In this document: positions 15,978-30,449 of the stretch, piece after piece
How positions within the stretch are numbered: the stretch's first letter is position 1
How the letters are laid out: the number at the start of each line of letters is the position of its first letter
Origin: the human T2T-CHM13v2.0 reference genome, Homo sapiens
Assembly (NCBI RefSeq): GCF_009914755.1
Contig: NC_060941.1
Strand: one strand, 5' to 3'
Length of the DNA stretch: 64,000 bases
Notes under the pieces: model-generated
Told to the model about the DNA's origin: nothing
Database searches by the model: none
The model's input: the letters and a program-made list of their open reading frames with translations, nothing else
Program-made: the position numbers and the translations under genes

Positions 15978-16165
15978 TACTTCAGCCTCTTGAGTAGCTG
16001 GGACAAGCGGCATGGGCCACCAAGCCTGGCTTATTTTTTTATCTTTTGTAGAGATGGGGTCTCCCTATGTTGCCCAGGCTGGTCTCAAAATCCTGGGCTC
16101 AAGCAATCCTCCCACCTCGGCCTCTCTAAGTGCTGGGATTATAGGCATGCACCACTATACCTGGA
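15978..16165 (-). mobile_element. Partial old Alu (AluJ-like)
   Basis: Reverse Alu left arm plus part of the right arm. Confidence 0.85.
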
Positions 16166-17821
16166 CTATAAAAATTTGTTAAAAGAGTAATTTTGGTGGG
16201 TTTAAAAATAAGATGAAACTAAATTACTAGGACACAGTAGACATTTGACAAGGGCAAATTAAAGTGTCCTAAGGTTTTATATTTTGGGAAAAGTCATTAG
16301 AGATATTGATTAACTTTAGACTAATTAGGACAAGTATTTATATGAAAAATTTAAGGGTTCCCACTAAAAGAGTAGAAATGGAACGTAAAATTTTCAAACC
16401 AACGAAGAAAAATAATGTGATCAATTGGTAGAATGCAAAAAATAAAAATAAAAAGAGGAGAAAAGAAGTAAAGATAAAAAGAAAACACAAAATAAAATGG
16501 TAGAAGTAAATTCACAAATATCATTAACCATAATGATTCTAATTGGAGGAAACTTAAAATTTCTGAACACGCGCTTGATGCCAGGTACTATGCTGTGCCC
16601 AATACAAAAATAGATAAACAAAAGCTTCTGTCTTCAAAAGCTTATAGTCCAGTAGTGGGTGGGGCAGGGCTGAGAATGAGGCTAAGCAAAGCAATACCTC
16701 ATTCTATTGTGCTTCTTGTATACTGAGTCATTTTTTTTTTAAACAAATGCACGGTTTTTGGCAACCCTGCATTGAGCAATGCTATTGGTGCCAATTTTCC
16801 AACAGCATATGCTCATTTTTTGTCTCAGGGTCACATTTTGGTAATGCTTGCAATATTTCTAACTTTTTCATATTATTATATATATTATGTTGATCTGTGA
16901 TCGGTGATCTTTGATGTTAACTATTGTCATTGTTTTGGGGCACCACAAACCTCACCATATAGGATAGCAAACTTAATCGATAAATATGTGTGTTCTGATT
17001 CCTCCACCGACCAGGTGTCCCCCCATCTCTCTCCCACTCCTCGGGCCACCCTATTCCCTGGGACACAATATATTGAAATCAGGCCAACTAATAATCCCTG
17101 CAGTGGCCTCAAAGTGTTCAAGTGAAAGGAAGAGTTGCACATCTCTCTTTTTAAATCAAAAGCTAGAAACGCTTAAGCTTAGTGAGGAAGGCATGTGAAA
17201 GCCGAGCTAGACTGAAAGCTAGGCCTCTTGCACCAAACAGATAGCTGAGTTGTGAAGGCAAAGAAAAGTTCTTGAAGGAAATGGAAAGTGCTACTCCAGT
17301 GGACACATGCATGATTAGAAAGGGAAACAGCTTTATTGCTGATATGCAGAAAGCTTGGGTGATGGCAATAGAGAATCAAACCAGCCACTATATTCCCTTA
17401 AGCCAAAGACTTAGCCAGGGCCAGAGAAAGGCCCTTATTCTCTTCAAATTTATGAAGGCAGAGAGAGGTGAGGAGGCTGCAAAATATTTTCTTTTAAGCT
17501 AGCAGAGGTTGGTTGATGAGATTTAAGGAAAGAAATCATCTCTATAACATAAAAGTGCAAGAGAAGCAGTAAGTGCTGATGTAGAAGCTGAAGCAAGTTA
17601 TCCAGGATATTTAGCTAAGATCGCTGAGGAAGGCGGCTACACTAAGCAACAGATTTTCGGTGTAGACCAAGCAGCCTTCTATTAGAAGAAGATGCTACCT
17701 GGGACTTTCATAGCTAGAAAGAAGTCAATACCTGGCCTCAAAGCTTCAAAGGACAGGCTGACTCTCTTGTTAGAGGCTAATGGAGTTGGTGACTTTAAGT
17801 TGAAGCCAATGCTCATTGACT

Positions 17822-18121
<300 letters not shown>

Positions 18122-19156
18122 CATTCGAGCTCACTGACTGTTTCAAAAGTCCTAGGACTTTTAAGAAATATGCTAACCCTACTCTGCTTGTGCTCTAGAA
18201 ATGGAATAACAAAGCCTGATGACAGGACATCTGTTTACAGCATGGTTTACTGAATATTTTAAGCCCACTGTTGAAAACTACTGCTCAGAAAAAAAGATCC
18301 CTTTCAAAATATTACTGCTCATTGACAACGCACCTGGTTACCCAATAACGCTAATGGAGATGTACGAGGAGATGAATGTTGTTTTCATGCCTGCTAATAC
18401 AACATCCATTCTGTAGTCTGTGGATCAAGGAGTAATTTTGACTCTCAAATCTTATTATTTAAGAAATACATTCATAAGGCTATACAGCCATAGATAGTGG
18501 TTTCTCTGATGGATCTGGGCAAAGTAAATTGAAAACCTTCTGGAAAGGATTCATCGTTCTAGATGTCATTAAGAACATTTATGATTCATAGGTCAGGGTC
18601 AAGATATCAACATTAACAAGAATTTGGAAGAAGTTGATTCCAACCCTTATGCATGACTTCAGTGGGGGAAGTCACTGCAGATGTGGTGAAAATAGCAAGA
18701 GAACCAGAATTAGAAATGGAGCCTGTTCCCTCCTCCCTGCTTCTAAAAAAACAGTGGAGCCTGAAGATGCGACTGAATTGCTGCAATCTCATGATATATA
18801 TGATACTATCTTCTCAATATATATGATACTATCTTCTCAATTTATTACAAATTGTAATAAACATAATAATCAAACTGGTGCTCCAAGCTTATGCTGTTCA
18901 CATGGAAGACACCGCAAAAGAAGACACAATAGAGACTGCCTTGCAATTGTACCTTGCAATAAGAGGTACGAATTGTTTCTATAGAGATGGAGAAATAAAA
19001 GGACAAATCTAGTTGCCTAAAAGACAATTCTCTGTACACATTTTATTTACAGTTTTTACATTGTCTTAATACGGATTGGATTGCTTTTTCTACTTGAGCC
19101 TTTTTAACCAAAACAAAATAACCTAAGTAATACAAAGTGTTAAAATGCAGCATAAA

Positions 19157-21273
<2,117 letters not shown>

Positions 21274-21276
<3 letters not shown>

Positions 21277-22290
21277 CAAAAATTGACAAATGGGATCTAA
21301 TTAAACTAAAGGGCTTCTGCATAGCAAAAGAAACTATCATCAGAGTGAACAGACAACCTATAGAATGGGAGAAAATTTTTGCAATCTATCCATTTGACAA
21401 AGGTCTAATATTCCGAATCTACAAGAAACTTAAGTTTACAAGAAAAAAACAACCCCATTAACAAGTGAGCAAAGGACATGAACAGACACTTCCCAAAAGA
21501 AGGCATTTATATGGCCAACAAACATAAAAATAAAGGGTCAACATTACTGATCATTAGAGAAATGCAAATCAAAACCACAGTGAGATACCATCTCACGCCA
21601 GCCAGAATGGCGATTATTAAAAAGTCAAGAAACAGTAGATGCTGGTGAGGCTGTGGAGAAATAGGAACACTTTTACACTGTTGGTGGAAATGTAAATTAG
21701 TTCAACCATTGTGGAAGACAGTATGGCAATTCCTCAAAGACCTAGAACCAGAAATGCCGTTTGACCCAGCAATCCCATTACTTGGTATGTACCCAAACGA
21801 ATATAAATCATTCGATTACAAAGATACATGCACACATATGTCCATTGCAGCACTATTCACAATAGCAAAGATGTGTAACCAACCCAGTGGTAGACCGGAT
21901 AAAGAAAATGTGGTACATATACACCATGGAATATCATGCAGCCATAAGAAGGAATGAGATCATGTCCTTTGCAGTGGCATGGATGGAGCCGGAAGCCATT
22001 ATCCTCAGCAAACTAACACAGGAACGAAAAACCAAACACTGCATATTTCCACTTATAAGTTGGAGGTGAACAGTGAGAACACATGGACATAGGAAGGGGA
22101 ACAACACACACTGGGGCCTGTTCGGGGGTGGGGGAGGGAGAGAATCAGGAAAAATAGCTAATGCATGCAGGGCTTAATACTTAGGTGATGGTTTGATAGG
22201 TGTAGCAAACCACCATGGCACACATTTATGTATGCAACAAACCTGCACATCCTGCACATGTATTACGGAACTTAAAATAAAATAAAATAA
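21274..22290 (+). mobile_element. Direct 3' part of the same L1PA (about L1PA10-13): ORF2 C-terminus, 3' UTR, A-rich tail
   Basis: caaaaattgacaaatgggatc... through ...gaacttaaaataaaataaaat; TSD aaaatgcagcataaa 19142-19156 / aaaatatagcataaa 22291-22305. Confidence 0.93.
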
Positions 22291-22505
22291 AAAATATAGC
22301 ATAAAGATACAAAACTAGACATACTAATTCTAGTTAGAAATGTAATTATGATGTTACATTTTTATGATCAACAATTATGTTGTGGAAATTATACAAACAC
22401 ACATCACTGACTTGAATGAAATGCATAAAATTGTAGCAAAGCTTTGTAGTTACAAAAAACAAAAAAAAATTACCAAAGAAAGCACAAGTTTTTGGAGGGG
22501 AGGGG

Positions 22506-22990
22506 TTTTTTTTCCTTTCTTTTTTTTTTAAATTATACTTTAAGTTTTAGGGTGCATGTGCACAATGTGCAGGTTTGTTACATATGTATACATGTGCCAT
22601 GTTGGTGTGCTGCACCAATTAACTCGTCATTTAACATTACGTATATCTCCTAATGCTATCCCTCCCCCATCCCCCAACCCCATGACAGGCCCCGGTGTGT
22701 GATGTTCCCCTTCCTGTGTCCAAGTGTTCTCATTGTTCAATTCCCACCTATGAGTGAGAACATGCGGTGTTTGGTTTTTTGTCCGTGAGATAGTTTGCTG
22801 AGAATGATGTTTTCCAGCTTCATCCATGTCCCTACAAAGGACATGAACTCATCATTTTTTATGGCTGCATAGTATTCCATGGTGTATATGTGCCACATTT
22901 TCTTAATCCAGTCTATCATTGTTGGACATTTGGGTTGGTTCCAAGTCTTTGCTATTGTGAATAGTGCCGCAATAAACATACGTGTGCATG
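22506..22990 (-). mobile_element. Young L1PA (about L1PA3-5) 3' end, 5' truncated
   Basis: ttatactttaagttttagggtgcatgtgcacaatgtgcagg...; near-consensus ORF2 C-terminus; TSD-like ccaaagaa(a/t)gcacaa at 22473-22487 and 22995-23009. Confidence 0.92.
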
Positions 22991-24287
22991 GGTCCCAAAG
23001 AATGCACAAAATTAATGTCTATTCCACCTTTGTGTCATATTCCTGGATTCTCATGATATAACTTTGACAGATGAGGAGTTGGTTCTTACAGATGAGCAAA
23101 GAAAGTAGTTTTTTGAGATGGAATCCACTCCTGGTGAAGATGCCGTGAACGTTGTTGAAATGACAACAAAGGATTGAGAATATCACATAAACGTAGTTGA
23201 TAAAGTGGTGGCAGGATTTGAGAGAACTGACTCCAATTTTGAAAGAACTTCTATTGTGGACAAAATGCTACCAAAAAGCACTGCATGCTACAGAGAAATC
23301 TTTTGTAAAAAGAAAAGTCCATCTATGTCACAAACTTCATTGTCTTATTTTTTTTTAATTGCCACGGCAACCTCAATCTTCAGCAACCACCACCCTGATC
23401 AGTCAGCATCCATCAACAGTGAAGCAAGACCCTCTACTTGCGAAAAGATTACTACTCACTGAGGGCTCAGATGATTGCTACCATTTTTTTTTTTAGCAAC
23501 AAAGTATTTTAAAATTAAGGTATGTACTTTTTAAAAGATGTGATGCTATGGTACACTTAATAGACTACAGTATAGTGTGACCACAACTCTTCGATGCACT
23601 GGGAAACCAAAACATTTGTGTGACCCACTGTGTTGCCATATTTGCTTTATTGCAGTGGTCTGGAACTGAACCCACGATATCTCCAAAATATGCCTGTAAA
23701 AACAGTAGGCTAAGTGTTATGATAAAGGAAATACAGAGTGCTATGGGACTAAAAGAAGGGGCATCTAGCTTAGCCTGTTGGGAGAGGGTCAGGGAAAGCT
23801 TTCTGAAGATGGTGACCCCTCAGCTGCACTTTGGAGGATGAGTGAGAAGACAAAAGGGGTAGGAAGGGTGTACCAGGCAAATGTAACAGCACGTGCAAAT
23901 GCACAGAATTGTAAGAGAACATGGCACGTTCTGGTCCGACATTGTTCCATTATGGATGAGAAACTTGAAGCCCAGAAAAGGTGAGGAGACTACCCCAAGG
24001 TCACCCAGTGAATTAGTAGTAGGATCAGAATTTGCACCAAGACTTGCGTTTCCTTTTACATTGGATTTTCCACTATACCACAGTGCCTTAGGTTTGTAGC
24101 AGGGGATTCTGTGACTAGAGGTTGTTGAGACTGCAGCCAACTTTGAAAATGAGCTGCATGTGGGTGTGGGGGCTGGATCTGTCTCCGGCCCATCCCTGGC
24201 TGGAGCTGAGCCAGGAACTTGGCAGTTTCCAGGGCTGAGCCATCCAGCTCACCCCAAGGAAGCCTCGGCCTCCAGCCATGGCACTAC

Positions 24288-24318
24288 CACGTGGTTTAAT
24301 CATTAACTCCAAGTTCAC
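24288..24318. promoter_or_regulatory. E-box + HNF1 site + nuclear-receptor half-site cluster (candidate enhancer core)
   Basis: CACGTG 24288-24293; TTTAATCATTAAC 24295-24307 (reverse GTTAATGATTAAA); ccaagttca just downstream. Confidence 0.35.
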
Positions 24319-24772
24319 AGGGCTGAAGCTGGAATGCACAGGACCTGGGGAGCAGACCGGGTCTCCAGGGAGCTAAGAGAAAGTTGGCTTTTGAGATGGG
24401 AGGGGACCAAAGTTTAGAATGGGGTTTTTCATCCCTGAATGGATCTATGTTCTGGGCTCAGGAACAAGGGCACTCGCTGTTACTCTCAATTTTGTTGGAG
24501 TTTACACATGTTGTTAGCTTGATTTCAGGATTTCCTTTCAACGTTCATAGCAGATTGTGTTTCCCTCTGCCACATCCCTCAGCCTGCATTCATCTACCCC
24601 ACTAAACTGTGATGTTCCCCTCGGAGGGCAGGACTCAGTGCTTGGAACAATCTGGTGCATAGTTGGTGCTCATTAAATATAGGCTGATTGATTGAATAAA
24701 TGAGGCCCTAACTCTGCCTAAAGGCATCCCAAAGCACATGCTTTTTAAAAAAAAAAAATTAAAAGACATAGA

Positions 24773-24922
24773 AACCTGGCTGGGAGTAGTGGCTCATGCC
24801 TGTAATCCCAGCACTTTTGGAAGCTGAGACAAAAGAATCACTTGAGCCCAGGGTTCAAGACCAACCTGGATAACAAAGTAAGACTCCGTCTCTTATGAAA
24901 ATAAAAATGAAAAAAAAAAAAA
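24773..24922 (+). mobile_element. Alu monomer (FLAM-like)
   Basis: Single left arm followed by an A-rich tail. Confidence 0.85.
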
Positions 24923-25049
24923 GAAATGATAACTGATTTTGCTTTAAAAGTTCAACAGAGATTCGCAAAAATCCCCAGAGATATTCTGTGCTATCATAAA
25001 ATAGTCTAGCACCATGATGAGGTCCACTGTTGTAGAAGAGATGGACTGC

Positions 25050-25582
25050 TTTTTTTTTTTAATAATTTCAACTTTTATTTTAGATTCAGGGGTACATGTG
25101 CAGGTTTGTTGTCTGGGTATATTGTACGACAACGAGGTTTGGGGTATCAATGATCCTATCACCCAAGTAGTGAGCATAGTACCCAATAGGTAGTTTTTCG
25201 GCCCTTGCCCTCCTCCCTCCCTCTCCCCTTTTGGAGTCCCCAGTGTCTGCTGTTCTCATCTTTGTGTCTGTATGTACCCAGTGGTCAGCTCCCACTTATA
25301 AGTGAGAACATGTAGTATTTGGTTTTCTGTTCCTGCATTAATTCCTTTGAGATAATGGCCTCCAGCTACATCCATGTTGCCGCAAAGGATGTGATTTCAT
25401 TCTTTTTTATTGCTGCATAGTATTCTATGGTGTATATGTACCACATTTGCTTCATCCAATCCACCGTGGATGGGCATCTAGGTGACTCCGTGTCTTTGCT
25501 ATTATGGTATTTTTGGTAGAACGATTTATTTTCCTCTGGGTAGATACCCAGTCATGGGATTGCTGGGTCAAGTGATAGTTCT
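25050..25582 (-). mobile_element. L1 3' end (L1PA15/16-like)
   Basis: ttttattttagattcaggggtacatgtgcaggtttgtt...ctcccacttataagtgagaacatg. Confidence 0.88.
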
Positions 25583-26994
25583 GCTGGGGATGTTCTTAAG
25601 GAGTCAGTGTGTGGATGACTGCAGAGTTTGTGAGGTTGCTTTGGCATTCTTGGGAGAGGGGGGCTATTCAGATATGAGGCCATGTTTTATTGAGGAAACA
25701 AAAGCCCAGTGGAGGTCAAATTCCACCAGCATAATAAAGGTAACTGCCTCTTTTGATTTCTGAAAGCTGTAACCTGCAATTGGAAAGACTGCATTATCAG
25801 TAGCATTGCTAAGCCCTGAAAATGCACCTTTAAAGGGATTTCTGGATTCCACATAACAAAACTTCCCCTGGAAGGTGAGGTGCAGGTGGCAGTAAAATTT
25901 CTGTTCTTTTTTGGTGAACCCAAGTTTCCTGATCTCGAAAGTAGAGACAGTCATCTCTTCTTCACAACGTACTGGTAATGGTTAAATGGAATGACAGTAT
26001 ATAACGTCCTTGGCACCCAGGAGATGTCAGTCCCAGTGAAAATTATCTTCTGTCTCTTAAAAGTAAAAATCCTGAACCGATATACACAGCCAGAGATGTG
26101 GAGATACATTTTGCTCTTAGATGCCATGTGTGTGGTGCCCAGTGATTCGGAGACCAATCTGGAAGGGAAAGAATCACTCTGCTGAATGCTGGCTTAAAGT
26201 GTAAATGTGTGCCGATAGTGTTGCTATAGCCAGCACTAGAGCATACTGGGAGAAGAAACTTCCCTTGCAAGAATAGTCACTCTCCTGGAAAGTGACTATT
26301 GGTTGGAATTGAGCCATAAAGGCTGCCGACTCTCACCCTAGCAAATTCTGTGTCAGCCCAAGGTCCTGGACATTCTGGGCAAACTGGCCAATGTCAGGGA
26401 GCTCTTTCTGTACCAGCCTCTGGGTCCTTTTTTTAATTTGTGGGTAAGTGACCTATCATACAGCCAGTTTGCATTTACCTCTGTCTACCACCTGTAGTTG
26501 TCAGGGTTCTGTAAGTTCTTTAAAGTTCTAGCACTCAGTGATGATTATGTCAGGGGAAAAAATTCAGGAAGGACCTCAGGCTTAGGTTCCTCCAACTTCC
26601 CACCTGCCCTTGGTCTCAGCAACAATGGAGAACAAATTGCCTTTGCAAGGAATTGGAAGATGCTGAGCTGCTCTGGCCACCTGATCTCTTTTTCCCTTCC
26701 CTTTATCATTTCTCTCCTTTGCCCTAAAACCTGAGATGAAATGAGAAGTAAATTGCCAAGGGAGATCCTCTCCTGGGGCAAATTTCCTGTCCTTGCTTAT
26801 GGGCACAGAGACCCTGAGTGGGAAGGCCAGTTGCAGGGCACTCTCCCAGAACCAGCCCTGGGGTGACAGGTGCAGGCAGGATCCACGCTTTCATGGGGGA
26901 GGGGAAGGGTTGCAAAAGAGGAGGAGGAAGAAAGACTGTGGGAGACCCCAAGGGCTGCCCCTATTTCTCTACTCCACCCCAACCTGAAACTTAC

Positions 26995-27012
26995 TGTCGG
27001 TCTCCACCAAGC
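26995..27012 (-). other. Candidate 18-nt microexon (GCTTGGTGGAGACCGACA)
   Basis: Minus strand: ~85-nt AG-free pyrimidine tract, CAG at 27013-27015, 18-nt exon, GTAAGT donor at 26989-26994. Confidence 0.45.
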
Positions 27013-27014
27013 CT

Positions 27015-27042
27015 GAGAGAGAGAGAGAGAGAGAGAGAAAGA
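27015..27042. repeat. (GA)n microsatellite within a purine tract
   Basis: gagagagagagagagagagagagaaaga. Confidence 0.9.
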
Positions 27043-28510
27043 GGGAGTGGGGAGAAAGAGACAGGGAGGGGGAAATCAAAGAAAATTGCAAAAGTCAATG
27101 GCCTGGAACTAGAGGCAGCCTCAGCAACTGCAGTGTGACTTTGATTCCCCTATCATAACCCTGAATTAAAAATTCAGGCAATTATCTGCATGGCTTCCTT
27201 CTGATTAGAACGAGCCGGAGCCTCATTAATGCATCAGCACAGAGGAAAGCCATTAGGGTCTGTGAAATGGAATGTTTCTCTGAGAACAGGTTCCGCTTGA
27301 TGTAGAATACCCAGCAAAAAGAAATTTCACACATTTTTGAGCTCAGAGTCACAGGACGGCACCCAGCTTCAGGGCTGCAGACCCCGCCACCACAGTCGGC
27401 ACCTCTCAGCTGGCTCTGGGTGAAAGCCACCTTTGTTTCGCAGCCTCTCTCTGGCACCTCCATCCACTGCATTGTGTGGAGGGAGGCTGAAGGAGCTGAG
27501 GGGCTGAGGGGCTTGCTGGGTCCTGAGACACTGAGTCAGCCTTCAGCCAGGATCCCCAGTTTCAAAGGCTTTGAGCCACAGGGAGCACGGGAACTTCACA
27601 GGAACACTGCCCTCCTCTGCTAGAAGAACTAGAATAGAAGCACCGTCGAGGACAGTGAAGGTCCTAGACTCCAGAAAAGGTCAAAGTATCTTCATGGCCC
27701 CCGCAATTCTCGGTACTTTCTTCACCCACGTGGTAATTTGGTCATCCCAAGATGGCCAAAGCAGGATCTGGTGAAGCCCAGTCAGCCTTGGAAGGTTGTT
27801 GCTTAAGAGAGGGTGAAGGATTGGAGGGCATCTTTTATTCATGGTCCAGGGTACCCTGTATCCATCCCTTATTCTATAAGCTCGGAGCTTCCAGAAATGC
27901 AAATCTATGGCCCAATTTCTAAGTGGGTGAATATCCCTACAATATTTGGCATTTGGAAACTCTCATGCACCCCACTTTGGGACTTCTATAGGGGCAGCTT
28001 TCTTCCCTAAATGACTATATTGCTTATGGGGAAACCCAAGAGTGCTGTTCCAGACAAGTACCTTTGCAGCCCTAGTAAGTTCATCTCTTGGGAGAGTTGG
28101 GTTCAACTTGACTTTGTCTAAATTTTCTTCTAGTTGGTGGGTAGGACTTGGGTTTCCTCATTTCAGACATCTTGACATTTCTCCAATATGGTGATTCTCA
28201 GGACACCAAACATTAATCCTTAGGATGAACAACAAATAATCTCTTTAGGAGAAAAGTCAATGTTATATGGGAAGAACTGAAAAAGGTGAAAAAGTTTCTG
28301 TAGGAAGAGAACTAGTTAAGAGTTGATAGGATGCCAACCAAGAAAATGATATCCTTCAAACGGTTTGACTAAGCCACGTTCTTCTCCTGGCACACCTGTT
28401 AACTCTTCAGTGTTAAGAACCAGGGCTAAATGTCCGGGTAAAGCTGTGAACAGGGCGCATCCGTGGTTAGTGCAATGGAGTCCATGTAGTACTGATGGAA
28501 TTTGTATCAA

Positions 28511-28527
28511 CAGCGCCCCCTACTGCA
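28511..28527 (-). promoter_or_regulatory. CTCF motif
   Basis: Minus strand TGCAGTAGGGGGCGCTG matches the CTCF core CCASYAGRKGGCRC except the first base; CpG retained. Confidence 0.6.
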
Positions 28528-30230
28528 TATGAGCAAAACTGGACAACCCAATAGTAATTTGTTTTCGAAAGTGTTTTCAGCCAATCCCACGTTAGAAGGA
28601 TACATTCCTGGTCATCAGGGAGTTTTTATGAAGCATGTTTTCAATACTGCAGACAGTTTTATGGGTGAAGGCTCCTAGAGTTTATCTCACTCTCTAACAC
28701 AAACAAGATGCTTGGTGATTCAACCATGCTATTTGTGGGCTGTGAGCATCCATCTCTCTAACACTTAGCTGACAAAGTCAGACGTACTCGAGAATTACTT
28801 GTGACTTCAGATGATCCCATGTAAAGCGCTAACCTAAAGGCACCCCGAGTCTTGAGGAGGTGGGGTTATCTATCTCGGCTCATGTTGGTAGGGGAGTGAA
28901 AAGAGCTGGCCAAAGGTCGGGAATGTGGGCCTTCCAGGGAGAGAAGCTACTCCACCAGCTCAACAGAAAAGGCCTCCTTTCTGCCATCGGAAATGGTCAA
29001 ATCCCAGCCGTTAGTACTGTAGCACCATTCACTAATTCCTTGATATTTTAAACATAGATGCTCTTCCCAGGCAAATCATTCCTTTCTTCCCGAGATCACT
29101 CAGCTACGTTTGCAATTTGTCACTCTATATTCACATGACAAACATTTTTCAAGCAATTATGATATGCCAGACATTGTTTAGAACAGGAGTGACAGCACCG
29201 AGCAGATGGCAAATGAAGAATTCCCTGTTCTTTGGAGCATACATGCTAGTTGGGGGTACAGATGACAAACAGAAAGACAAGCAAGGGTGTCAGAGCTGTA
29301 AATGCGGTGATATACAATGCTGGGCAAGCGGGCAGAGAGTGATGGGGGGCTACTTTGCACAGGTGGTCAGGGGAAGCCTCTCTGAAGAGCACGTTAGGAA
29401 ATCTTTCTAATGCTCCCTGCCAAGCGATCTTCTTTCTCTCTTTTAAAACTAGAATTGCCTCTCCCGTTAAACATTCCCAGTTAACTCTCCCTGTCCTTTG
29501 ACTTTCCACTCAGCTCATCATCTCTGCTCAAGCTTCTTCATCTTGCAAAGAGACAGGATCATAATCTCCTTGAGGACAAGGGCCCATCTTCTGCTTCTTT
29601 GGCTTGCTACCAGAGTGGAGAGGAGGGGAACAAACATTGCTACTATATGCTAGAAACATGAACGCTTTAGTTCATTGACTCCCCTCAAAACTCCTGCCAT
29701 CTCTTTATTATTTGTCCATTTTATAAATGAGGATAATGAGGCTCGGTTTATTCAAGGGTGTGAGCTGTCGAGGGGTGGAACTGGGATTTGAACCCTGTTC
29801 TAGCCTCATGGCCTGCAGTCTTCCCACTCCTAAGCATGGCATAGGGTGAGTGTTCATTAAATGTTGTCAATGAGTCATGAGCACAAGGAAGGGATGAGCT
29901 TTGTTTCTCAGAGAGCAGTCCTGCAAAGGAAATGATTAGACTCCCACCAGCTGGCTTATAAATTCTTCTTTTACCCACTAAGTGACCATGAGCCGTTCAT
30001 TTTCCTCTTCCTGGGCTTTGTAATTCTTCTCTGTGAACTAAGGTTAGACCAGATGATCCCCCAGGTCTCTTCCAGCTCTGACAGTCTAAGGAATGTAATC
30101 TTTTGTAAGCAGTAGGGGTGGGTGGTGAATGGGGAGGAGTCAGGTGACTTCTTTACATCAAAGATCTGAATCTGAATTTGTATTAAGACAGAACAAAACA
30201 CAACAGTTTGTTTCTTCAGTTAAAATTCAA

Positions 30231-30449
30231 AGCCTGGGCAACATAGTGAGATCCCATCTCTAGAGAAAATTTTTAAAAATTAGCCAGGTGTGGCGGTGTG
30301 TGCCTGTTTTCCTAGCTACTCAGGAGGCTGAGGTGGGAGGATCGCTTGAGTCAAGGACTTCAAGGCTGCAGTGAGCTATGGTTGTGTCACTGCACTCCAG
30401 TCTGGCTGACAGAGCGAGGCCCTGTCTCTAAAATAAATAAAAACAATAA
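30231..30449 (+). mobile_element. Partial old Alu (AluJ/FRAM-like)
   Basis: End of the left arm plus the right arm and an A-rich tail. Confidence 0.85.

Noticed and set aside
15971-15988. Resemblance to the U6 snRNA 5' end (gtgctcg...)
   Set aside because: Only ~7 nt match before the sequence becomes Alu.
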